From a bacterium (GTDB taxonomy: Bacteria > UBA8248), in assembly GCA_963692865.2 (NCBI GenBank), contig OY843592.1:1440001-1504000 (forward strand): DNA of 64,000 nucleotides, written 5' to 3'. Each line of letters starts with the position of its first letter. The stretch's first letter is position 1. The notes below the pieces were generated by a model. It did not search any database. It worked only from the letters and a program-made list of their open reading frames with translations, and was not told the origin of the DNA. Below, piece by piece: positions 1 through 9,418 of this stretch. The translations under genes were made by a program, and so were the position numbers.

Positions 1-42
1 CATTACATCCCCTCAGTTCAATTTCTTTTTTTGAGGAAACGT

Positions 43-246
43 ATGTCGACAGGAACAGTGAAGTGGTTCAACGATGCGAAAGGTTATGGTTTCATCACGC
101 CCGAGGACGGTGGTGAGGATTTGTTCGTCCACCACACGGCCATCCAGGCGGAAGGATTCAAATCCTTGAGCGAGGACGATCAGGTTTCGTTCGAAGTCGC
201 CCAGGGTCCCAAGGGGCTCCAGGCGCAAAACGTCGTCAAGCTCTAA
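43..246 (+). CDS. cspA: Cold-shock protein (CspA family)
   Basis: [18 protein letters not shown]...DLFVHHTAI (RNP1/RNP2 motifs); GAGGA RBS before ATG 43. Confidence 0.95.
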   Translation: MSTGTVKWFNDAKGYGFITPEDGGEDLFVHHTAIQAEGFKSLSEDDQVSFEVAQGPKGLQAQNVVKL

Positions 247-265
247 AGCATCACCGGCGTTTCAG

Positions 266-300
266 AAAAGCGGCGGCTGGTTTCCGGCCGCCGCTTTTTT
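266..300 (+). terminator. Rho-independent terminator after cspA
   Basis: AAAAGCGGCGGCTGG-TTT-CCGGCCGCCGC-TTTTTT hairpin plus U-tract. Confidence 0.85.
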
Positions 301-375
301 CCGTCTCAGGCTTTCCCATCTTCTCACTCCCAATGTAATCTGCGCCTCAGATTTTCTCAAGACGAGGGTTTTTCG

Positions 376-2415
376 ATGAAGCGCCCTGCGCTCGATCAGA
401 GAAGAAACGTCGGTATCATTTCCCACATCGACGCCGGGAAGACGACGACAACCGAGCGAATACTATTCTACTCGGGAGCCGTACACCGGATTGGCGAAGT
501 GGACGATGGTTCGGCCACCATGGATTGGATGAGTCAGGAGCGCGAGCGCGGCATCACCATCACCTCGGCGGCCATCACCACTACGTGGGCGGACCATGAG
601 ATCACGATCATCGACACCCCCGGCCACGTTGATTTCACGATCGAGGTCGAGAGGAGCCTGCGGGTGCTCGATGGCGCTATCGCAATTTGCAGTGCTGTGG
701 AAGGCGTCGAACCGCAGAGCGAGACCGTTTGGCGTCAGGCGGACAAGTTCGGCGTGCCCCGCCTCGCCTTCATCAACAAGCTGGATCGCATAGGTGCGGA
801 TTTCGAGAGAACCATCGAAATGATGGTCGAAAAATTGGGGGCCAGGCCTGTGCTCATGCATTGGCCCGACGGAGAGGGTGAGGATTATACGGGTCAGGTC
901 GAAGCGATGAGCGGTGATTTCCTCACATGGGAGGGGGGAGAACCCCACCGGCGTGAACTCCCGGAGACGCTTAAGGAAAAAGCCGTCGAATTGAGGGAAT
1001 CTCTCATCGAGGCGGTGGCGGATTACGACGAGTCCGTGATGGAAGCGTATTTGGAAGGAAGCGCCATCGACGCGGAAACGCTCAAGGCGGGCTTGCGGCG
1101 CGCCGTGCTCGCGGGAGAACTCGTGCCCGTATTTTGCGGTTCCTCCCTGAAGAACAAAGGAGTACAACCCCTGCTGGACGCCGTGGTGGATTATCTGCCT
1201 TCTCCGGTGGATACGCCGCCCGCGGTCGGCTTCGCTCCGGGCGAGAACGAACCTCTCACGCGCCCGCCTGCCGAGGATGCGCCTTTCTCCGCCCTGGTCT
1301 TCAAGGTGCAGATCGATGAGGGCAGACGTCTCACCTACCTGCGGGTGTATAGCGGCGCCGCCAGGGTGGGCGAGAGTCTGTGGAACCCCGCAAGAGAAAG
1401 CAGCGAACGCTTCGCCCGGCTTTTCAGGATGTATTCCCACAAGCGCGAGCGCATCGACGCCGTGGGGCCGGGCGATATCGTCGCTGCGGCCGGTCTCAAA
1501 GAGGCTGCGACGGGTGACACCCTTTGCGCACAGGCTGAATCGATAGCCTTCGAGTCGATTCTCGCGCCCCAGCCCGTGATCTCGGTGGCGATCGAACCCA
1601 GGGACGCCACTGGAACCAAGAAACTGAGCGAGACCCTGGCGAAGCTCCAGGCGGAGGATCCGACGTTTCAGGTGCGTGTGGATTCCGAATCCGGGCAGAC
1701 GGTGATGAGCGGCATGGGCGAACTCCACCTGGAGGTGCTCACGCGCCGGATGGATGAGGATTTCGGCCTGGACGTCCGCGTCGGCGCGCCTCGCGTGGTG
1801 TACCGGGAGACGATCGCGAAAGAAGCCGACGCCGAGTTTACCTTCGATAGGGAACTTGCGGGCGAGCCCCAGTTCGCGCGGGTGCGCGTAGGCGTGGCGC
1901 CCAGACCCGGCGGTGGCGTCTCCTGTGGGAGCGCGGTGGATGACACGGTTGTTTCTGACAATCTAATTGCCGCTGCGCTGGAATCGCTCAGAGCCTCCAC
2001 ATCGAGCGGCGCCATGGCGGGCTATGAGATGACCGACCTGAGCGTCACCTTGCTTGAGGCGGGCTATCACTCAGAGCGTTCCACCGAGGCCGCCTTTTCC
2101 ATCGCGGCGGCGAACGCGTTCACGGAAGCATGCCGCGCAGCCGGCGGGCAGCTTCTGGAACCCGTCATGTCGGTGGAGGTCGTGGCGCCCGGTGAATTTC
2201 TGGGCGCGATCATCGGCGACATCAACGCGCGGGACGGAAAAATGTCCGGCGTGGAAGAACGCGGCGGCGCTTCGCCCGTGAGCGTCGTGCGCGCCTCGGT
2301 GCCGCTCGCCAGGGTGTTCGGCTACGCCACCTCCCTGCGCTCCGCCACCCAGGGCCGCGCCACGCACACCATGCGCTTCTCCCACTACGCTCCCTGCGAA
2401 ATGGCGGGGGTGTAG
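376..2415 (+). CDS. fusA: Elongation factor G paralogue (stand-alone, divergent domain IV)
   Basis: HIDAGKTT, RGITI, DTPGHVDF, NKLD, GMGELHLE and LLEPVM motifs; not next to rpsL/rpsG/tuf. Confidence 0.9.
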   Translation: MKRPALDQRRNVGIISHIDAGKTTTTERILFYSGAVHRIGEVDDGSATMDWMSQERERGITITSAAITTTWADHEITIIDTPGHVDFTIEVERSLRVLDGAIAICSAVEGVEPQSETVWRQADKFGVPRLAFINKLDRIGADFERTIEMMVEKLGARPVLMHWPDGEGEDYTGQVEAMSGDFLTWEGGEPHRRELPETLKEKAVELRESLIEAVADYDESVMEAYLEGSAIDAETLKAGLRRAVLAGELVPVFCGSSLKNKGVQPLLDAVVDYLPSPVDTPPAVGFAPGENEPLTRPPAEDAPFSALVFKVQIDEGRRLTYLRVYSGAARVGESLWNPARESSERFARLFRMYSHKRERIDAVGPGDIVAAAGLKEAATGDTLCAQAESIAFESILAPQPVISVAIEPRDATGTKKLSETLAKLQAEDPTFQVRVDSESGQTVMSGMGELHLEVLTRRMDEDFGLDVRVGAPRVVYRETIAKEADAEFTFDRELAGEPQFARVRVGVAPRPGGGVSCGSAVDDTVVSDNLIAAALESLRASTSSGAMAGYEMTDLSVTLLEAGYHSERSTEAAFSIAAANAFTEACRAAGGQLLEPVMSVEVVAPGEFLGAIIGDINARDGKMSGVEERGGASPVSVVRASVPLARVFGYATSLRSATQGRATHTMRFSHYAPCEMAGV

Positions 2416-2461
2416 ATTTTTCTCCTCCAGGTTTTGGTTTCTGGTCAAAAGGCGTGTCTGA

Positions 2462-3343
2462 ATGACCACCACCACCCTCTCGGTTCTCTTCTCGCTCTCC
2501 ACGGCGCTCGTGGTCGGCTCCTTCACCCTGTTCGTGAGAAGCGGACAACAGTATGCGAACGCGGTATCGGGCGTTCTCATCGGGATCATCGTCTCCCTGC
2601 CGCCGCTGCTCCTGGGAGCGATATGGACGTGGGAACCTGCCCATTATCAGCCCTTGGGTTGGCTGTTCTTCGCTCTGGCGGGCGTCATGGGACCCGCCGT
2701 GGGGAGGGTGTGTTTTTTCCATTCGATTCATCTGATGGGCGTGGCGCGCGCCGTGCCGCTCAACTCGACCATGCCGCTTTTCTCGGCGATAATCGGCATC
2801 CTCATCCTGGGCGAAAGGCCGGGGCCGTACATTCTGGCGGGCACGGTGCTCATCGTGCTTGGGTGTATGGGGATTACCGCGAAAAGAGGGGAGTCCCAGT
2901 CCATTCGGGGCAGTCATTTGCTCGTAGCGCTCGGGAGCGTGGTGTTTTTCTCCATTTCGCACATGCTGCGAAAACTCGGCATTGGCGCATCACCCAACCC
3001 GTATTTGGGAATATCGGTCATGAGCGTTGCAGGCGGGGCGTTTCTCTATGTTTTCGGGCAGTATCTGCCGCAAGGCTTGAGACCCTCTCTGATGGTGAAG
3101 AAAGCGTGGGTGGCCTACAGCATCGGAGGGGCTCTGAACGCACTTTCGGTTCTCCTGCATCTATACGGCCTCCGCTACGGCGACCTCACCATCGTGATTC
3201 CGCTCGCCGCCACTGCGCCCTTGTGGGCGTTGTTGCTCACGGCCATGTTCCTGCGCAAGGTCGAACGCATCACCTGGCCGATTCTCCTGGGCACTGTGGC
3301 GGTCGTCGTGGGGGGCGCGCTGGTGGCCGGCCGCGCACTCTGA
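2462..3343 (+). CDS. EamA/DMT family transporter
   Basis: About 10 hydrophobic segments, two EamA repeats (GVARAVPL...ILGERP; ...FLRKVERIT). Confidence 0.85.
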   Translation: MTTTTLSVLFSLSTALVVGSFTLFVRSGQQYANAVSGVLIGIIVSLPPLLLGAIWTWEPAHYQPLGWLFFALAGVMGPAVGRVCFFHSIHLMGVARAVPLNSTMPLFSAIIGILILGERPGPYILAGTVLIVLGCMGITAKRGESQSIRGSHLLVALGSVVFFSISHMLRKLGIGASPNPYLGISVMSVAGGAFLYVFGQYLPQGLRPSLMVKKAWVAYSIGGALNALSVLLHLYGLRYGDLTIVIPLAATAPLWALLLTAMFLRKVERITWPILLGTVAVVVGGALVAGRAL

Positions 3344-3476
3344 CGAGGCGGAGTTCCGTCGGTTCTGCTATAGTGGAGCCGCTTGCAGGTTTGCCTGATG
3401 CGCCGCCTATCCAACATTTCCCACGGCAGGCCAAGAGGATTCATCCTTGCCAAGATTGCCTCGGGGAGGAGTGGGT

Positions 3477-3917
3477 ATGAAATTCATTTGCAGGTTTTTT
3501 TGTGTTTTGATGCTGGTCGCACTTTTTCAGACAATCCCCGCCCAAAGCGCGGATAAGGAGCACGACCGTCAGGGAGAGAAACCGGCGATGAAGGAATCCC
3601 CCGTGAAAGGCGAGGCGACGGGCGGCATTGCGCTCAAAATCGCCGACGGGGAAATCCAGGGCGGCAAGAAAGTGGTGCGCGTGAAGCAAGGCGATGAAGT
3701 CAGACTCAACCTCCTGGCCGACCGAAAAACCGAAGTCCACCTCCATGGTTACGACATCGAAAAAACCGTCTCCCCGGGCAAGGTGGCCGTGATGGCGTTT
3801 CGCGCCAAAGTGGCGGGCCGGTTTCCCGTGACCGAGCACGGCTCTCACTCCCACGGGAAGAAAAAAAGCGGCGGCCACGGCGAGAAAGTGTTGTTCTACC
3901 TGGAGGTGCATCCGTGA
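3477..3917 (+). CDS. Secreted cupredoxin-like, His-rich protein (FedA-like)
   Basis: Signal peptide; VKQGDEV...EVHLHGYD...GRFPVTEH and HSHG/GGHG; GGAGGAG RBS before ATG 3477. Confidence 0.6.
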   Translation: MKFICRFFCVLMLVALFQTIPAQSADKEHDRQGEKPAMKESPVKGEATGGIALKIADGEIQGGKKVVRVKQGDEVRLNLLADRKTEVHLHGYDIEKTVSPGKVAVMAFRAKVAGRFPVTEHGSHSHGKKKSGGHGEKVLFYLEVHP

Positions 3918-3930
3918 AGAGGACAATTTC

Positions 3931-5382
3931 ATGATCCTCGGCGCCCGAGGGTTCAGTCTCGTTGCCTTCATCTTGATTTTCCCCGCTTCCGCATCGGCGC
4001 ATGGATTCGGCCAGAGGTACGATCTGCCGGTGCCGCTGGGTTTGTTCATGCTCGGGGCGGGAGCATCCGTGGTGCTTTCTTTCTTGGGCATGGGGCTTTT
4101 CGTGCGCAAGAAACAAGAGAGCGTGGATTATCCGAGCCATAACCTTCTCGCATCTCCCGTCTTCTCGTGGATGGGCGGGTCGGTTTTCCTCTCTCTTATC
4201 AGAGCGCTTTCCGTCGTTTTGTTCTGCGTGACGCTGGCGGCGGGTTTCTGGGGGACGGAGAACCCGGATAAGAACTTCACGCCGACCATGGTCTGGATCA
4301 TCTGGTGGGTGGGTCTGGCCTATGTCTGCGCGCTGGCGGGTAACCTGTGGTCGCTGGTGAATCCGTGGAGCATCATCTTTTCCTGGGCGGAGGCGCTTTA
4401 TTCGAAAATCAAGCCCGGCGGTTCTTTATCGCCCGCCCAGCCGTTCACGGAAAGCCCGGGCGTTTGGCCTGCCGTGGGTTTGTTCCTGTGGTTCGCGTGG
4501 GCGGAGATCGTCTGGCCGAACAACGACCTGCCCCACAATCTCGCGCTCGCCGCCACCGGGTATTCCATCATCACCTGGGCGGGCATGTTCCTGTACGGCA
4601 AAGCAGCGTGGCTAGAGCGCGGGGAGGCGTTTTCCATCATATTCGGCGTGATGGGCCGATTCTCGACCACCGAGGCGCGCGTGGACGGGGAGGGGAGAAT
4701 GGAGTGGCGGCTGAGGCCGCCGGCTGTGGGTCTTTTGAGCACGAACGGCATGAGCAACTCCATGGTGGTGTTGGTGGTGTTGATGCTGGCGACGGTGAGT
4801 TTCGACGGCTTTACCGAAACGCCGCTTTGGCACTCGCTTCGCGCGGGGATATACGAAGCGGTTATCTGGGTGGGGCGCGACGCCCTGCTCGTGGCGGATA
4901 CCATCGCGCTGGTCGCGGCTCCGGCGCTCTTCCTGGGCGTGTATTACCTTTTCTGCATGCTGATGCGCGCCATGAGCGGGAGCGCGCTCACAACGGGGGA
5001 ATTCGCGCGCCTGTTCGTTCTCTCACTGGTTCCCATCGCCATTGGATACCACGTTGCGCATTATTTCTCCTTTCTCTTCATCCAGGGGCAGCGCATCATC
5101 CCTTTGCTCTCGGACCCCTTCGGAATGGGGTGGAACCTGTGGGGAACCGCCGGCTACAAGGTCGACATCGGAATTATCGGCGCCAAGACGACCTGGTACG
5201 CTTCGATCGCGGCGATAGTTATCGGCCATATCTGCGCAGTCTACCTGGCGCACGTGACGGCGCTGCGCGCGCTGGAGAACCGCTTCGCCGCCGTACGCAG
5301 CCAATACCCGATGCTCCTGCTCATGGTGGGCTACACCATGGTGAGCTTGTGGATCATCGCCCAGCCGATTACCGATGGCTGA
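3931..5382 (+). CDS. Polytopic membrane protein ('fenitrothion hydrolase' FedB-like family)
   Basis: AHGFGQRYDLPVP N-terminus, PIAIGYHVAHY, SDPFGMGWNLWGT, SQYPMLLLMVGYT motifs. Confidence 0.65.
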   Translation: MILGARGFSLVAFILIFPASASAHGFGQRYDLPVPLGLFMLGAGASVVLSFLGMGLFVRKKQESVDYPSHNLLASPVFSWMGGSVFLSLIRALSVVLFCVTLAAGFWGTENPDKNFTPTMVWIIWWVGLAYVCALAGNLWSLVNPWSIIFSWAEALYSKIKPGGSLSPAQPFTESPGVWPAVGLFLWFAWAEIVWPNNDLPHNLALAATGYSIITWAGMFLYGKAAWLERGEAFSIIFGVMGRFSTTEARVDGEGRMEWRLRPPAVGLLSTNGMSNSMVVLVVLMLATVSFDGFTETPLWHSLRAGIYEAVIWVGRDALLVADTIALVAAPALFLGVYYLFCMLMRAMSGSALTTGEFARLFVLSLVPIAIGYHVAHYFSFLFIQGQRIIPLLSDPFGMGWNLWGTAGYKVDIGIIGAKTTWYASIAAIVIGHICAVYLAHVTALRALENRFAAVRSQYPMLLLMVGYTMVSLWIIAQPITDG

Positions 5383-5546
5383 GGGTTTGGGAGAGATGGA
5401 CCGGAAGCCGCTTCATTGTCCATGAAGTTGAGATTCATCCCGCATCTTCGAGTGCCCGTCTCGACATAGCCGAATGTCCGCTCCTCTGATAAGAGATAGT
5501 GCTTGTTTTTTGAGGTTTTGTTTGTGTTTCGGCCGGGAGAGGCTCC

Positions 5547-6428
5547 ATGAACGATACGCTGCTGGCGGCGGGGTTCGCCCTGGGCACCGCGTCGATGTCC
5601 TCGGCCTTCAGCCTCATCGCCAGACGCGGGCAGCGGCACGGTTCGGCCATAACAGGCGTCGTCATTGGTTTGATCGTGAACGTCCCCTGGCTGGTGGCGC
5701 TCACGATCCTCACCTGGGAGCCCGCCTTTTGGAGTAAGGAGGCATGGTTCTGGTTCTTTTTGTCAGGTGTCACGGGGCCTTCGCTTGGCCGCGTATTCAT
5801 GTTCCAGGCCATACACCGCCTGGGCGTATCGCGCGCGGTTCCTCTCCTGGCCGCGAATCCGCTCTTTTCCGCCGCTTTCGCCTATATTTTTCTGGGAGAG
5901 AGGCCGGGGCCTTACGTCTGGGGGGGAATACTGCTCGTCGTTTTCGGCTGTGTGGGGATCACCTATCAGCGCAAGAGCGACGCTCCCTGGGACAGGCGCG
6001 CCATCTGGCTGCCATTGATGGCGGTGTTGGGATTTTCCACGTCGAACATTTTCAGAAAAATCGGCATCGAGGTCGTACCCTCGGCGCTGCTGGGCATCAC
6101 GCTCACCAGTTTTTTCGGTTTCCTGGCGCTGATCGCATTCGCATGGTTCCTGCCCAAACCCCAGCGCCCCTCACTCAAATGGGGAAAGGCCTGGCACTTC
6201 TATGGCCCCTGCGGACTCATCAATACCCTGGCGTTTCTGAGCCATTTCGCCGCTTTGAAGTATGGAGACATTTCGGTCGTATCGCCGCTCTCATCCACCG
6301 CGCCGCTGTTCGCGCTCCTGTATACCTGGATATTCCTGCGCGATATGGAGCGAATCACGCTCCCCATCTTGTTTGGGACGGTCTGCGTCGTCGCGGGAGG
6401 AGTGATCATCGCCTTGAAAGCGATGTAG
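5547..6428 (+). CDS. EamA/DMT family transporter (paralogue of 2462-3343)
   Basis: Same architecture; shared LGERPGPY and APLFALL/APLWALL segments. Confidence 0.85.
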   Translation: MNDTLLAAGFALGTASMSSAFSLIARRGQRHGSAITGVVIGLIVNVPWLVALTILTWEPAFWSKEAWFWFFLSGVTGPSLGRVFMFQAIHRLGVSRAVPLLAANPLFSAAFAYIFLGERPGPYVWGGILLVVFGCVGITYQRKSDAPWDRRAIWLPLMAVLGFSTSNIFRKIGIEVVPSALLGITLTSFFGFLALIAFAWFLPKPQRPSLKWGKAWHFYGPCGLINTLAFLSHFAALKYGDISVVSPLSSTAPLFALLYTWIFLRDMERITLPILFGTVCVVAGGVIIALKAM

Positions 6429-6449
6429 CGAGTCGCTTTCGGGCGTGAC

Positions 6450-6995
6450 TCAGCCTGTCAGCAGCGTCCTGATCGTGGGAGCAATTTCTCTCGCGCGGCC
6501 CCGGAGTTGCTCATCCGTGAGGCTGCCGACCGGATGGGGGATATAGGCCACCGGATAATCCGGCATGCCGCGCACCTTGGAGACCATCTCGACCGTGGGC
6601 CGGAACGGCTCGGTGCAGATGACGGCCGTGGGAACGCCTTTTTTCTCAAGCTCGATTCCGTCGTGCACACTGCACGAAGAGCAGGAGCCTCAGTCGCCCA
6701 CCGCGGTGATGGCGAGGTCGCATTTCTCGGCCATCTCCGCGTAAACCTCCGGCTTGGCCGGGCGGGTGTCGTATTCTTTGGATAGCTCAACGGCGAGGTC
6801 AGAATCCGCGCCGTCCGCCCGCAACTCATCCAGTATGTAGCGCATGAGCTTGTCCGCGCCCACCTTGGAGTTCCAGAGCAGGCCGATGCGTTTTCCTGCA
6901 AGCGCGCCGTCGCGGCTTGTGCGGTCTTCGGTTTCGATCTCCGGCTCCACGGTCGGGTCGTAAATCGGTATTGCGGTTTCTACGATGGGGTTCAT
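6450..6995 (-). CDS. UGSC-family selenoprotein (in-frame TGA at 6690-6692 read as Sec)
   Basis: ORFs 6690-6995 and 6450-6668 share a frame; read-through gives AVGD-U-GSCSSCSVHDGIELEKKGVP. Confidence 0.88.
6650..6689 (-). promoter_or_regulatory. Candidate bacterial SECIS hairpin
   Basis: mRNA UGA-GGCUCCUGCUCU-UCGUGCA-GUG-UGCACGA: perfect 7-bp stem with G-led loop, 12 nt after the UGA. Confidence 0.6.
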
Positions 6996-7083
6996 CGAAA
7001 ACCTCCTTCTGCGTATGAATCAACGCGCGGACAATTTCTCGCCTCGTATCCTGTAAGTCAATCCAATCTCTCACGTTTCTTTT

Positions 7084-8124
7084 TCAAACGCGAGATTCCC
7101 GCCGCTCGGCCGCGCTCGGCGCCGGGCGGGTGACGGCCTCGCCGTTTCGCCTCCTGCTCCAGGAGGGAACCCAGGAGGAGTGTCCGCCGGCCTCGCCTCC
7201 TGCGACGACGATGTATATGTCTTCGGGCTTGAGCGCGTGGCGCACGTTGCCGTTCTCATCGGCGTCGATGGGCTTGTCGAGCTTGCCTGTGCGAAGAAGC
7301 CGGCTCAGGGGAAGCGTCGCGTTTTCAAAGAGATACTCCTGTAATTCTCTTTTCGTGGGGAATTCTTCGCCCAGAAGATGCGCGTGCTCGGGCGCGAAGA
7401 CGAAAAAGGATTGCCCCTCGCTCATGCTGCCCAGACCCGTCATGGTGGCGGCGGCGGTTTCGGCGATTCCCCTCCCCTTTCCGTAATGGTTCTGTATGTT
7501 GTGCGGACCCTCGGCGGCGAGAAGCGTCACCGTGCTCGTCCCGGCGGGATACCCGAGTTCGACGTTCAAGGGCTCCCAGGGACTCGTTTCCTCCCACTCG
7601 GCGAAGGTGAAGCTGTATTTGCCCGGATTCCCCTGGGTGGAGCGGTCCAGAAGGCCCGGTTTCGAGCCCAGGCAGTTGATGATGACGAGCCTGAGCGCGC
7701 GGCCTATCGTCGCGCCGGCGCGGTTGCCCGGCCCGTAGATGTTCCCCTGCATGTTGAGGCCTGTCTCGTGGCGGATCGGGCCGTTCACGACCATGAAGGG
7801 CGCCGCCCCGCCCGTGCTCGTGGCGCTCGAGTGGAGGTTGTAGGCCGGATCGGCCATGGCTTCGAGCGCGGCGAGGATGACGGGCATGTAGGAGGGCGAA
7901 CACCCCGCCATGATGGCGTTCAGGGCCACTTTCCCGGCCCGGACGGTTCGTTTCCGCTCCGCCAGGTGAAAGACGACGTCGTCCGCCTCCAGACCCGACG
8001 CCTCCAGAAAGCGATCCAGGAGTTCCGGCGTCGGGGGAACCACGGGCAGGCCGTCCGTCCAGCCTTTTTCGTGGTACGCCTCCATCGCCTCATAGACGTC
8101 CGACGCTTCGCTTACCGCTTCCAT
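7084..8124 (-). CDS. UGSC-associated protein (GWTDGLP domain)
   Basis: KGWTDGLPVVPPTPE, NAIMAGC, VVNGPI, NRAGATIGRALRL motifs, recalled as typical of UGSC partners or fusions. Confidence 0.75.
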   Translation of the reverse strand: MEAVSEASDVYEAMEAYHEKGWTDGLPVVPPTPELLDRFLEASGLEADDVVFHLAERKRTVRAGKVALNAIMAGCSPSYMPVILAALEAMADPAYNLHSSATSTGGAAPFMVVNGPIRHETGLNMQGNIYGPGNRAGATIGRALRLVIINCLGSKPGLLDRSTQGNPGKYSFTFAEWEETSPWEPLNVELGYPAGTSTVTLLAAEGPHNIQNHYGKGRGIAETAAATMTGLGSMSEGQSFFVFAPEHAHLLGEEFPTKRELQEYLFENATLPLSRLLRTGKLDKPIDADENGNVRHALKPEDIYIVVAGGEAGGHSSWVPSWSRRRNGEAVTRPAPSAAERRESRV

Positions 8125-8322
8125 GGGGTCTCCTGTGTCAGAGTGGCTCTTCCCAGATTGGGCCGCAGAATATCGCAGATGGGCCGTTTTGAAAATGAGG
8201 CTTTACGCCCGGGGCGCCGGGTTTCATAAACGCCCGGCGGTTGGTGTATCATCCCTGCGAGGTCTGGTGTTCAGCCGCCTCCCCCAGGGGCGGCGCATCC
8301 GAAAGAAGAGGGATCATTCCGC

Positions 8323-8925
8323 ATGGATTTCGAGTTGATTCGCGCCGTAAACGATTGTTTTCATCCGTTTTACGCTTACGCGGCGGCGGAGATTCACGCC
8401 GAGTACGGGCGCGACGCCGGCGACGTCCTGGAGATAGGCCCCTACGGCCCCGGCGTGGCGCTCGCCCTGGCGGAGCGCTGCCCCGGGATGCGCCTCACGT
8501 GCGGGGACGATTCCGAGCGCATGAACGACTACCTCGCCGGGACGATTGCGGAGGCGGGCATGTCCGCGCGCGTCCGCGTGGAACCCATTGATAAATATAG
8601 CCTTCCCTTCGAGGCGGCCTCGTTCGACCTCGTCGTCTTCCGGGGCGGGCTTTTCTTCTGGGAGGAGCAGGAGAGAATCGTCGCCGAGATGAACCGCGTC
8701 CTGAAGCCCGGCGGGACGGGCGCGCACGGCGGCGGATTCGGGGCGGGGGCGCCGGACGCGCTCATCGAATCCCTTCTGCCCGAGGCGCGCGCGTTGAACG
8801 ACCGCCTCGGCAAGAAGCGTCTCTCCCGCGCCGATGTCCGCCAAATCGCTGAAAATGCAGGGCTTGCGCCTTTCCGCATCGCGTCCGAGCACGGCCTCTG
8901 GCTCTTTTGGGAGAAGGCGGGCTAG
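8323..8925 (+). CDS. Class I SAM-dependent methyltransferase
   Basis: VLEIGPYGPG, LPFEAASFDLV, RVLKPGG. Confidence 0.85.
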   Translation: MDFELIRAVNDCFHPFYAYAAAEIHAEYGRDAGDVLEIGPYGPGVALALAERCPGMRLTCGDDSERMNDYLAGTIAEAGMSARVRVEPIDKYSLPFEAASFDLVVFRGGLFFWEEQERIVAEMNRVLKPGGTGAHGGGFGAGAPDALIESLLPEARALNDRLGKKRLSRADVRQIAENAGLAPFRIASEHGLWLFWEKAG

Positions 8926-9200
8926 GCGTTTCCGCGCATTCCGCCCCCGCAATTCCCCGCATTTGCCGTTGTCCTGACGGTCGCGGGTCATGGCAGAATT
9001 CCCCTGCGCCGCGACCCGTCGGCGTCAAAGCCTGAGAAAATAAATTGTCGGAAATTTATCGAAAAACATCGTGAATTTATACAATTTTATACAATTTTTC
9101 AGGAATTCTTTATCTTTGCGCGAAGCGGTCGGCTCCGCATGATACCCGCGCTCTCCTATCCTCCCGCCACCCCAAACGTGGGGTCAATCCCGACTGGTGA

Positions 9201-9297
9201 GGGGTTGTTGAAACGGTCCCGATTTCGTGATTGGGCGAATGGAGCCGGCCGGGGAGGGGCGGCGGGGACGGGCCCCCGTGCCCGTCCGGGGTCGCTA
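9201..9297 (+). repeat. IS1182-end-led repeat (subfamily F); copies at about 25436-25537 (minus) and 56561-56605 (partial)
   Basis: GGGGTTGTTGAAAC-GGTCCCGATTTCGTGATTGGGCGAATG...CCGGGGAGGGGCGGCGGGGACGGGCCC...GTCCGGGGTCGC aligns to the reverse complement of 25436-25537. Confidence 0.7.
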
Positions 9298-9418
9298 CTC
9301 CGGATACTCCCGGACGCTTCGTCTTCCGCGGCCGGAATTGCGGGAAAATGCGTGGCCGGCCCCTGCGGAGAAGGCGGTCAAACCCGAAGCGCGATGCGGT
9401 GGAGCCGCGCGCCGCGCT

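Noticed and set aside
463-1728. Long antisense or alternate-frame ORFs (also 25717-27318, 43731-44993, 45023-46318, 50772-52304)
   Set aside because: Shadows of real genes caused by high GC; the overlapping frame carries clear family motifs
9034-9120. oriC or dif site
   Set aside because: TTATACAAT is a poor DnaA-box match, there is no box cluster or dnaA/gidA context, and no dif consensus
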